Assembly (NCBI GenBank): GCA_951406725.2
Contig: OX597831.1
Coordinates: forward strand, 55,800,001 to 55,864,000
Direction of reading: 5' to 3'
From: Octopus vulgaris
Lineage: Eukaryota
Length of the DNA: 64,000 bases
The notes under the pieces are model-generated. The model was not told where the DNA came from, made no database searches, and saw only the letters and a list, made by a program, of their open reading frames with translations. Of this stretch, positions 52,621-64,000 are shown piece after piece. Numbering within the stretch: position 1 is the stretch's first letter; each line of letters opens with the position of its first letter. A program made the position numbers and the translations under genes.

Positions 52621-53360
52621 TACCTTTAAAGGTTAAATTTATAAATAACTTACAAAATAAGGGCAAAAGAAAAATTCTAATTCCAAATATGCCGAAAAAA
52701 AGACAAAATTGTCAATAACCATTATAATTTATGCGTCTCGAAATAAACCGATAGAAATTTCTAAAGGATCCGTTATTACCGTATTGGTCCCAATTTTGCC
52801 CTTATTTTGTAAGTTATTTATAAATTTAACCTTTAAAGGTATTTTTTGATATGCTGGCCATTGATAACATTTTTTTTGAAAAAAATATTATCCTACATTA
52901 GTTGTAAATTAAATAGTGTTCACTTCCGGATTCTCTCACTCTGTGAAAGTTTCTAGATCGAATCACACGTGTCTCGAGATGTGCCGAAGATTTTCTATTT
53001 TGGATATATTTGGGGTACTTAGGTCTGCTCAGGACTTAGCGCTTGCTTTTTCCATGGGTATGAGTTAGTATTCCATTTATGTCTTACGTATTTATCGCTG
53101 AAGAGGGGAAAATTCTTATGAATTGACCCCGAAATTGGGACCAATACGGTAATAATGGATTTTTTAGAAATTTTTATCGGTTTATTTCGAGACGCATAAA
53201 TTATAATGGTTATTGACAATTTTGTCTTTTTTTAGGCATATTTGGCATTAGAATTTTTCTTTTGCTCTTATTTTGTAAGTTATTTATAAATTTAACCTTT
53301 AAAGGTATTTTTGATATGCTGGCCATATTTTGAAAAAAATTTTAGCCTACATTAGTTGTA
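52621..53360 (+). mobile_element. PLE pseudo-LTR-like composite: inverted partial copy, direct partial copy and HHR-bearing unit
   Basis: 52621-52795 mirrors about 53132-53308, and 52795-52905 repeats 53260-53360. CTGAAGA-gggg...cccc-GAAAT at 53098-53135. Same family as 36748-37234. Confidence 0.85.
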
Positions 53361-53375
53361 TGTATATATATATGT

Positions 53376-54092
<717 letters not shown>

Positions 54093-55013
54093 AAACACGT
54101 ATGGGTGTGTGTATGTGTGTGTGTGTATTGTAAGATTCGTTTTAACTGAGACTTTAAGTTTTGCATGACGGCTTATTCATCCAAAATTTGGTTCAATTCA
54201 CAATCGAGCGGAACTCGAGACTCCATTTAGGATTCCTGTAAATTTGACTCTACTTTCAGTATTGAGTACCGCATCAGTAAATTCTGTCTGCTGTTTTTCT
54301 TACAATTTCTTTAAAAATAAGCCAGAAATATGCACATATACACGCACGCGGGGACACACACACACACACACACATACATGTAAAAGGAGATTTCTCTGTT
54401 CAGATTTCTTTTAACTATATGACTTAAGGAAGTGCATATTGTTTAGATTATCTGAGACGAATGGAAGCGAGCAGTAGATTGAGAAACGCTGCGACATTCT
54501 GGTTGCTTCTACGAATATTAGCGACGTAAATCATATGAACTTTTACCAAACCGAGTATCGGTGCCAAGTAGCGATTACGACTCGTCTGTAGTTCACCTTC
54601 TATGCAACGAACGACGTTGCTCGGCGATATAAAAAGACACAGTGGCAGTGTTGTTGTTGTTGATGGTAGCGGTGGTGGTGTTAGTAAGGTATGGTTGTTG
54701 ACGATGTCAGTGATAATTATAATGATGATGATGATGATGACGATGATGGTGGTGGTAGTTATGACACAGTATAAAGATGAGAACTACTGATAGTTTCTTG
54801 CAATGGATACACGTGGCTAGGCAGGTTTCTTATAACGTAAATGGAGTGTCCAATTGCTCAGAGCCCGAAGATTGCTCCAAGACTGCAGCAACGTGTCTTT
54901 ACAGCAAGAAACTATGAGTAGCTTTTATCTTTATATTATGTACATTAAATGATATTTATCTCTCACTGGGTGGAGAACTTTTTTTGTTATCTTACCTGAA
55001 CTGAACTGTAAAT

Positions 55014-55046
<33 letters not shown>

Positions 55047-55215
55047 GTATATATATGTATGTATGTATGTATATATATGTATGTATGTATGTATATATAT
55101 GTATGTATGTATGTATATATATGTATGTATGTATGTATATATATGTATGTATGTATGTATATGTATGTATGTATGTATATGTATGTATGTATGTATATAT
55201 ATGTATGTATGTATG

Positions 55216-55248
<33 letters not shown>

Positions 55249-55367
55249 ATATATATATGTATGTATGTATATATATATATGTATGTATGTATATATATAT
55301 ATGTATGTATGTATATATATATATATATGTATGTATGTATGTATATATATGTATGTATGTATGTATA

Positions 55368-55400
<33 letters not shown>

Positions 55401-55401
55401 A

Positions 55402-55437
<36 letters not shown>

Positions 55438-55460
55438 TGTATATATATATATATATATGC
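55014..55460. repeat. Compound (TATG)n/(TA)n array with higher-order periodicity
   Basis: Direct reading. Confidence 0.95.
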
Positions 55461-55550
55461 GTGTGTATGTGTGTGTGTATGAATATGTATATACGAACAT
55501 AGAGTATATGTAAAAACATATATGCTCACATTTATATGTATGTGTATATA

Positions 55551-55608
<58 letters not shown>

Positions 55609-55656
55609 CGTAAATATATATATATGTGTGTATGTATATATATACCTATATCTCTG

Positions 55657-55705
<49 letters not shown>

Positions 55706-56016
55706 GTTTGATGTATTATTTTGTAACTTAGACGTGGAATTTACGCGTTCTTACAACCATTTGTATAAAAGTCGGCTGTTAGCAGCAGCAGCAGCAGTTC
55801 ACTCTCTCTCAGTTCGAAGACTAACTTCGCAGTTAGCCAGTTCGCTCTTTAATCACGCCGTTTGGTGTCAATCCCACCGCAAAGCATCCTAGGTAAGTGT
55901 TTTTCTTTTAACATAGACACGGATAGTCCCAGTTCTTTTTGAGGGAAATTGGGTCGAAGGACACTGCTCGGATGGGTTGCACATGTCATATAAAGATACA
56001 GCCTTGTTGCATACGG

Positions 56017-56217
56017 CAGTGCTTTTCAACCTTTTTGCTGGAGCGGAACCCCAAGAAAACATTTCACTGGCTCGAGGAACCCCTGTGCAATAATTTAATA
56101 GTCTTATGCACACATAGCTGCACAGGAGAATTAAAAATTACTGTCGATTTTTGCATTTTTGTAACTTCTTGCGGAACCCCTGGACTGTACTGGCGGAACC
56201 CTGGTTGAAAACCACTG
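56017..56217. mobile_element. hAT (Charlie-like) MITE
   Basis: TIR cagtgcttttcaacc/ggttgaaaaccactg with 8 bp TSD gcatacgg at 56009-56016 and 56218-56225. Confidence 0.92.
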
Positions 56218-56482
56218 GCATACGGTGTTACACATCATTTAAACCTGATTATTATGTAAACGGTATGGGAGTCTGGTCTGTGCAATACTTAACCACTTAC
56301 TCTTTAATTCAGCGAGTAAGTTAAGTAGATCAGTTGATCGAACAATTGTTTGCTCATCGTCGAAATAGTCAGAGGTCCATTTACTTACTTTTTTTTTTCA
56401 TGTCTATACTAATAATGGTGAGAGGGGAGGGTTGCAATGTAGGTGATGTGGGTGGTTTGGTGTTGGAAAGGAACAATAAAAT

Positions 56483-56530
<48 letters not shown>

Positions 56531-56759
56531 AGAAGAAGAAGAAGAGGAAGAGGAAGAGGAGAATAAAAAGATCATTACAGCAACGATGATGATGATGATG
56601 ATGATGATGGTCCTCATCATCATAAAATTAGTTTGGAGGCCATCTCTGTGGGGTGATAGTAATAAAATTGATGAATTCGCACCTATCTACGGAAGTTGCT
56701 TTTTAAAGTTTTATGATCTTTCACTGCACATTGTATGGAAAGTTTTATAGGCCACAGCT

Positions 56760-58900
56760 TTTCAAGGTCTTGTGATGGTGCTCGAGGGTCTCCCTTGGGC
56801 CATCCGAGTCTAAAGGAAATCGGTTGGAGGTATTTAGGAACAGCATGGCTCGTATAAAATGGAAATGGTCCGAGAAGAAGTTATTCCTGAAATATCATAC
56901 TAAGAAAGTGAATGCATGTATCATTTCCGTCATTTATTACTCACTGTCTGTTGTAGCTGGTCCCAGTTTTCATCTGATCGGGAGCTCGAAGGTCTGCACT
57001 TTCGCGTCTTATGAAAGGGACGCATTCCACTGGACAGAGAATTGATCTGCTGCAATATCTTCTGAGTGAAGGGTTGACATATCGCCTCTCATATTATGCA
57101 GGCATGCACTCAGACTACAGAAATTACTAGACAAGGAGAAAGTATGGTGGCTGTTTTATTTCGTAGTTTATCTCTTTGACAGAGATGCAGTCATGGATCT
57201 AGTGACTGTCAAGACTGCGTTGCCAAATTACCTACCTATCAGGTTATGTGGTCGGTGGAACTTCCACGTTTGTATTTTATAAAGAACTAGTGATAGGAAA
57301 GAGTGACTACATTCTCTGCGACACTTGACGTCTACGAACATCAATCGAGCAGCCTTTCTGGAGTTCTTTCATCCCGGAAACTATGGATGACTTCTAGAAA
57401 TCCCTGACCTGAAGTGCTACCAAGAAGGCATTGCTCGTTCGGAATAAAACGTGTCGACTACAGTGAGCCGAGTATGGTTGAAACGTGCACGAAACTATTC
57501 TGTGTGCACTTGTTTAATTACTGAGTTTGGTTGACATGCAGAGTTATATCGTGTGTAGGACAGGACAGATATGACTATCGGATGGGTCTATCGTGATAAA
57601 CGTCCCTCCGATTGACCGAGAAAAAATTTTTTAGTTCACTTGCTGTGAATGGTTCATCAACTGTTTTATCTTTTTAAAGAAAACCTCTCGAATGTGATAT
57701 CTATAAAAAACTCTCTTTAATTTTTGTAGAAATAATTCTCGGAGAAACTGAAATACTTTGAATTTTTTTACCATGTCCTTAACAAATAAATTCATAAAAC
57801 CAAACATAAGTTTATGAAAATATTGTCTTCGGATCAACTAAGGGAACGGATTAAATATGTCTTCCAGAAGTATATGAAAACCTGGCAGGTATAATAATGT
57901 ACTGGGTATATTATTATTAATGTTAGAAAAGATTATGTCCTGCAATTAGCGTGACTCTCTCACAGGCATACATAGCAGCAGTACTCGGTGAATCCCACTT
58001 ACATACCATTTAATATAGTATTTACTTAAAGATCTCATCAAACATTCCACTAGTAATCGTTGTATTCAATTGCATCAAAAAGGATATCCGTGTTAGCGTT
58101 GACATATCGCCTTTCATATTATGCAAGCATGCACTCAGACTACAGAGATTACTGGACGAGGAGAAAGTATGGTGGCTGTTTTATTTCGTGGTTTGTCTCT
58201 TTGACAGAGATGCAGTCATGGATCTGGTGACTGTCAAGACTGCGTTGCCAAATTACCTACCTACCAGGTTATGTGGTCGGTGGAACTGATGCACTGAAAG
58301 AGCGATGGAATTGAACAGTTTTTAATTTCCATTGTGCAATAAAACAGCTTTCAAACTTCCGTTCACTTTCAGATAAATTTTCAAAAAATGCATAGTCGTG
58401 ACAATAACGGAGAGGTTTAGACAAAAGCCTATTGAAACAATGGCTCCAACAAAAGCTGTTCACTATAACACTGCAAGTCACCAATGCTCCGAAACTGAAC
58501 CAATGTATATGCAAAAAGGTTTCTTAGCTCCGCATGCATCTCGGACAAGCTCGGTTGACTGCACACCATGTTTGTACTGTTTATCTTGAACCAGCAATGT
58601 CTTCCGATAGCACTACTAGACAGGTGCTTCAGAATATTCTGGTTGGGCACTAATTTGTAATAATTCTAAAGTGGAGTTTCGATATAAATGTATTACTGTA
58701 AATCTGAAGGCGCACCATTGAATAGTGTGGGGAGCATTAGCGATGGAAATGCTTTCAGGCCAGGGATTGCTAAAAATAATCCATAGTTTCTGGGATGAAA
58801 AGGTTCCGGTAAAACCTGTCCAAATTTAATGAGGTACTTATTGCTTTTCTTGATCATCAAACTGACAGTCAAAACAGCTTGTTTATCTTCTAAAGTTATG
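56760..58900. mobile_element. Scrambled L1/Tx1-like LINE remnants in both orientations
   Basis: Plus strand RHALRLQ and FHPETMDDF.KSL segments. Minus strand AVNRACPRCMRS.ETFLH CCHC-finger-like segment at about 58500-58800. Confidence 0.6.
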
Positions 58901-58919
58901 TTGTAATACGAGGATTACA

Positions 58920-59491
58920 CCTCATCCACATTTGCAAATTACGTAGCACCAGCTTTCATCACCGGTGATGTCCTTCGAAAAAAGCCTGGATCAACTTCCA
59001 ACTGTTCTTTCAGTTCACAACATGCATTCAGCCGTGACTGCTTTTCCATCTTCCGTGAGCAAGCGAGGCACAAGTTTTTCTGCAACTCTTTTCATTCGCA
59101 ATTCCTCGCTCTAAATTAGTTGGCAGGTGCCTCAGAACACGCCAATCATATCAACAAGTCCATCAATTGTTCTGTGACGGTCCTCCAAGATCAGTTCATG
59201 AATTTTCATGTTTTCATTCGTTCGGGAGGTCGACGGACGCTCTGAACGAAGTTGGTCTTCAAGTGACCATTCCTAAAGCGTAGAAACCATTCGCAAGTTT
59301 GTGTTTTGCTCATGGCAGCTTCATTGTAAGCTGTTTAAAACATGACAACTGTTTTGGTCGCCATTTTCCGCAGCAGAAAACAGAATTTCACGGAAGCACT
59401 GCATCAAGTGGCTTCTAGCGTTGGAAGCCTGAATAACAACGGGCTTGCTCTACAGAGACCGTTTCCGGTTACTTTTGGGTACCCCCTCGTA
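58920..59491 (-). mobile_element. mariner transposase N-terminal remnant with TIR
   Basis: LRMKRVAEKLVPRLLT...ITGDESWCY. Terminus TA-cgagggggtacccaaaagtaaccgga on the minus strand. Confidence 0.8.
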
Positions 59492-59869
59492 TATCGCCGT
59501 GGTATTATATATATACCACAAACATAGAACAAATGGTCTGGGTGTTTTTTTTGTTTTTATTTTTTATTTTGCATTCACTTGGCATGTTGATAGTTTAGTT
59601 TGTATATGAGTATGTTATAAAAGAAAATACGTTAGTAAAAAGAATATAGTAGTTGAATCATGTTTATACATTTATAAGTAACTCAAACCTAAAAATATAA
59701 AATACCTAAGTTTCAGGTAATGAGAATTGCTAAAACAGAAAATTAAACTAAAATCACCCATGACTTTAGAAAAGACGTAGCGATAGAGAACAATAAGATG
59801 CGCATCTCCCTGGCCATTATCCAGGGCAACGCCTTTTCCATTTTGTCTACTGGGACCATGAGGCGGTCT

Positions 59870-60275
59870 ACTCTTTTACTTGTTTCAGTCATTTGACTGC
59901 AGTCATGCTGGAGCACCGCCTTTAGTCGAGCAACTCGACCCCGGGACTTATTCTTTGTAAGCCCAGTACTTATTCTATCGGTCTCTTTTGCCGAACCGCT
60001 AAGTTACGGGGACGTAAACACACCAGCATCGGTGGTCAAACAATGCTAGGGGGACAAACACAGACACACAAACATACACACACATACATATATATACATA
60101 TATATACATATACATATATACGACGGGCTTCTTTCAGTTTCCGTCTACCAAATCCACTCACAAGGCTTTGGTCGGCCCGAGAAGACACTTGCCCAAGATG
60201 CCACGCAGTGGGACTGAACCCGGAACCATGTAGTTGGTTAGCAAGCTACTTACCACACAGCCACTCCTGCGCCTA
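59870..60275 (-). mobile_element. SINE family A
   Basis: Consensus match. Confidence 0.92.
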
Positions 60276-60932
60276 TATTTACAATTATTATTATAATATG
60301 CTAAATAATTTTTTTTTAAATCAATTGATTGAGTATCGTATGGTTTCTCACTCACACACACATTAGTAATTAAAAAATTTGCCTCCTGTATTTTGTAGCA
60401 TATATATCAACTTGATATCATTCATTTGGAAATATGGTTCCTAACCTTTTAACGCTATTTGAAATTGTTCGATTCGCGTGTGAAAACTTATTCAGTCAGA
60501 AATCCTTCTTTCTATAAAATGTTGGTTTCAAATTTTGGTACAAGTCCAGCAAGTTCGGTAAACCGTTTGCATCGGGTCCAGTCTTCAAATGGTACTCATT
60601 TCGGGGTCGATGAAATATGTTCAAATGGTATTTATTTCATCGACCCCGAAAGAATAAACGACAAAGTCCACCACGGCAGAATTTGAACTCAGAACGCTCA
60701 GCGTTTTTCGCCGGTGCAGTAACGACTCTACCAGTTCGCTGCCTTCTTTCACCAAAATATTATTTAAGTCTAATATAAAGACTCGTAGAAATTTCTGTTC
60801 CATTCAGGTGAAATTGTAACCACCTGTAAACGTATTTCAATAATATTTGCATTTTGGAGTTAACATATCCATTATGGAATATATGAGGGAAAGAGTCAGG
60901 CAATGATTGGCATGTTTCCATATTTACATTTC

Positions 60933-61166
60933 TATTTCTTTACTACCCACAAGGGGCTAAACACAGAGAGGACAAACAAGGACAGACAAACGGATTAAGT
61001 TGATTATATCGACCCCAGTGCGTAACTGGTACTTATTTGATCGACCCCGAAAGGATGAAAGGCAAAGTCGACCTCGGCGGAATTTGAACTCAGAACGTAG
61101 CGGCAGACGAAATACCGATAAGCATTTCGCCCGACGTGATAACGTTTCTGCCAGCTCGCCGCCTTA
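60933..61166 (-). mobile_element. SINE family B with 18 bp TSD
   Basis: TSD tttccatatttacatttc at 60915-60932 and 61167-61184. Confidence 0.92.
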
Positions 61167-61309
61167 TTTCCATATTTACATTTCACCACTACTTTACCTA
61201 TCAACTCAGCCATTACCTTACGCGACACCACGATTATTTTAAATAGCAAAATTTCTACAGTTATGTAAAGTATGATATATATTACAACTGTGATATTAAA
61301 AACTATATC

Positions 61310-61541
61310 TGTTTCTTTATTACCCACAAGGGGCTAAACATAGAGGGGACAAACAAGGACAGACAAACAGATTAAGTCGAGCACATCGACCCCAGTGCGT
61401 AACTGGTACTTAATTTATCGACCCCGAAAGGATGAAAGGCAAAGTCGACCTCGGCGGAATTTGAACTCACAACGTAACGACAGACGAATTACGGCTACGC
61501 ATTTCGCCCGGTGTGCTAACGATTCTTGCCAGCTCGCCGCC
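61310..61541 (-). mobile_element. SINE family B with 19 bp TSD
   Basis: TSD tgatattaaaaactatatc at 61291-61309 and 61542-61560. Confidence 0.92.
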
Positions 61542-61723
61542 TGATATTAAAAACTATATCAAAGTCGTGACAGATATTGAATGAGACTATTGGGCAGGGC
61601 TGTTTTGACACTGGAGATTAAGCACGGCTGTCTGGACATTGGACCTATTTTGGCGACAGTACGTTTTCGCATAGTAAAGGCAAACGCGCGCACGCATGCA
61701 GAAAAATATCCATACAAATAGAA

Positions 61724-61754
<31 letters not shown>

Positions 61755-61927
61755 AGGGGATACATTACAATATATTAATTGAATACGATTGACATAAATA
61801 CACATACAGAGAAATATGCTCACACACATAAACAGAAAAAGAGAAAAACACAGAGAGCGGGGGGGAGGAAGGAAAAAAAGAGGGTAGGAAACAAGAGAAA
61901 CATTAAAACAGAGAAGCTTTAAAACAA

Positions 61928-62062
61928 GTGGTGTCAAATAAATCAGCGTCGAATCATTGACGCCAAATAATTGGAGGTCAAAGCGTCTCATATACCGTAT
62001 GACACTGTCTTGGCCCTGACTATTTGACGTCACTAATTCGATGCTGATACATTTGACATCAC
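61928..62062. repeat. Imperfect fold-back of about 135 bp (old MITE-like hairpin)
   Basis: gtggtgtcaaataaatcagcgtcgaatcattgacgccaaata versus reverse complement gtgatgtcaaatgtatcagcatcgaattagtgacgtcaaata. Confidence 0.7.
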
Positions 62063-63595
62063 ACATTTTAATGTTTCTCTTCATATTTTGATTTCAAGTT
62101 CTTTTATTTTATTATACCTTTTTGGGTATGATAAAATAAATATCAATCAATAGCGTCTGATAATAATCAACACTGTCTCTCTCCTATATTATGTGGTCAT
62201 GTAACATGTGATAGATATTGTTATTATCCCTTTGTTCGTGGCGGATGTGATGGTGGATATTCTGTTAAACAATATTTCTACACTCATTATTCCTTTTGAG
62301 ATGTCCTTTTCTAATAGGGACTATGATTGAATGTTAGAGTGTGTATGAAGGTGATACGTTGGCATTAAATGGTGGCAAGCTAGCAGAATCATTACCGAGT
62401 CAAACAAAATGCTGAACGTCATTTCTTCCGGTTATTTGCTTTCTGAGTTCAAATCCCGCTTAGATCAATTTGACTTTTCATTTATTAGGGGTTCATAAAA
62501 TAAATTAAATATCAGTCAAGTACTAGGAGCGATGTAATCGACTAAAGGCCCACCCTATTAAGTTTCAAGTTCTTTTTGCTTATATTTGAAACAATATAGA
62601 AAATATTGATGCGACAACAGTGTGTCACTCCACATGTCTTCGGATTGCGATTTGGACTTTACTGAACTATACTGTTACAAACTTAATCTAGTACTTGACA
62701 GATACTTTATTTTATTGACATCAGAATGATGAGAGATATATCTGACGTCGGCAGGATTTGCACTGAGAACGTGTAGAGCCAAAACGAAAATCGCAAGGCA
62801 TTTTGTCAGATGCTCCTAACGACTCTACCACTCTATCACATTAAGTTATGTTTTTGTACAATGTGTGTTAATGTTATCTATGTTTCATAGTAAATGTATA
62901 TACAGCGTTGATAGAGCCAATTACTGCAGTATTCGTCCTGATAGATCGTTAAAAAATATGCTTAATATGGTAGACTTTGCAGTATTTATTAATCTGAACT
63001 AGGTCGTTAACCGTCGCTACCTGCTGGCAATCATACTTGTTAATCATGCACCTACCTTCATAAACTGTTCAAAGTGAAAGTCTTTTTTAAAGTCTGTGTT
63101 GTGTTGTCTACATGTTGAAAGACATACAGAAACACACACACACAAACACGCAAACTATATGTTTGTGTTGCGTTGTGTTGACAGATTTGCTCTCAAAATT
63201 CCCACGTATTTAATTAAAATTTATTAGTTACCAAAGTGACAACACTACCTATTTATATATATATTACACGCACGCACGCACACACACACACACTCACTTT
63301 CTCCCTCTCTCTCTCATCCTCTCTCTCTCTCTCTCTCTCTCATACACACACTGTATTTCTCAAACAACAGCAACTTTATCTCCTCCACTTCCCTTTCTCT
63401 ACACATGCTGTTACGGATTGACAGACGGTTTCTCTTTTATAATATAAGATTTATGTTTCGTTTTGTATATATTGCTTTTTGTAAAATTATTGATGTGAAC
63501 TCGTATGTTAAAGCAGATTTTGTTGTTATATCTCGAGAAGGTCATTATACAATAATAAAGTCATGCACTGGATTTATTTCACTTCCCTCATTATC

Positions 63596-63896
63596 ATTAG
63601 TCAACTAGTTAAACATTTAACCAATTAGCAAATCGATTATTTGAAATAGTTTGGTCAATCAATCAATCAGCTAGGTTCGTCAAAGCCTTTTCATCGCTCT
63701 TCGTGTACCCCTTCAATGCCGACTAGAGACAGACGGACAGACCTGAAATAAACCTGGAGTAGAGGAAGCATATCCTTGTAAGGTCACAAATTACATCGAA
63801 AGGATTTTGACGAGCTCAACTGAAGAATTTATTGACCGAACGATTAATCCAACAATAGATTAGATACTTGGTTAAATAATTAACTCGTTGACTAAT
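63596..63896. mobile_element. Decayed MITE with TIRs of about 95 bp
   Basis: attagtcaactagttaaacatttaaccaa...cgtcaaa versus tttgacg...ttggttaaataattaactcgttgactaat. Confidence 0.7.
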
Positions 63897-64000
63897 AACA
63901 ACAAAAGAAATAAAACAGAACCAGTTCGCGTATTTGTTATTGACATAATGACCCTCCCAAAATACAAGAAAATCTGAATTTATGCTTTCTGAGTTTAAAT

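Noticed and set aside
54447-54530. Possible plus-strand exon between tttag and gtaaat
   Set aside because: Weak splice signals and an unrecognisable peptide.

Overview
AT-rich eukaryotic DNA saturated with microsatellites and almost entirely repetitive. The repeat families resemble those of coleoid cephalopods, most likely Octopus; this is inferred from repeat content, not verified. No intact host gene is supported, and most ORF-track entries are translated microsatellites or SINEs. The window holds three abundant tRNA-type SINE families, decayed LINE pieces (CR1-like, RTE, L1/Tx1, R4/Dong), Penelope-like element (PLE) RT and GIY-YIG remnants, Tc1/mariner, hAT, piggyBac and Helitron relics, and several MITEs. 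The most striking signal is about 14 short non-coding elements from about 10 families carrying type-I hammerhead ribozyme (HHR) motifs (CUGANGA-stem II-GAAA-stem III-NUH), most of them set in (TA)n-rich tracts. Seven long inverted-repeat structures, four with an HHR and most with a one-sided tail, are the likely insertion footprints of the same system, which looks like a PLE/retrozyme-like population targeting TA microsatellites. Other points are a TSD-flanked SINE trimer, a SINE/LINE shared 3' tail, a long-TIR element at a GATC site, local duplications, and an apparent CpG-density step near 12.7 kb. All motifs and coordinates were read by eye, and no folding or database searches were run.
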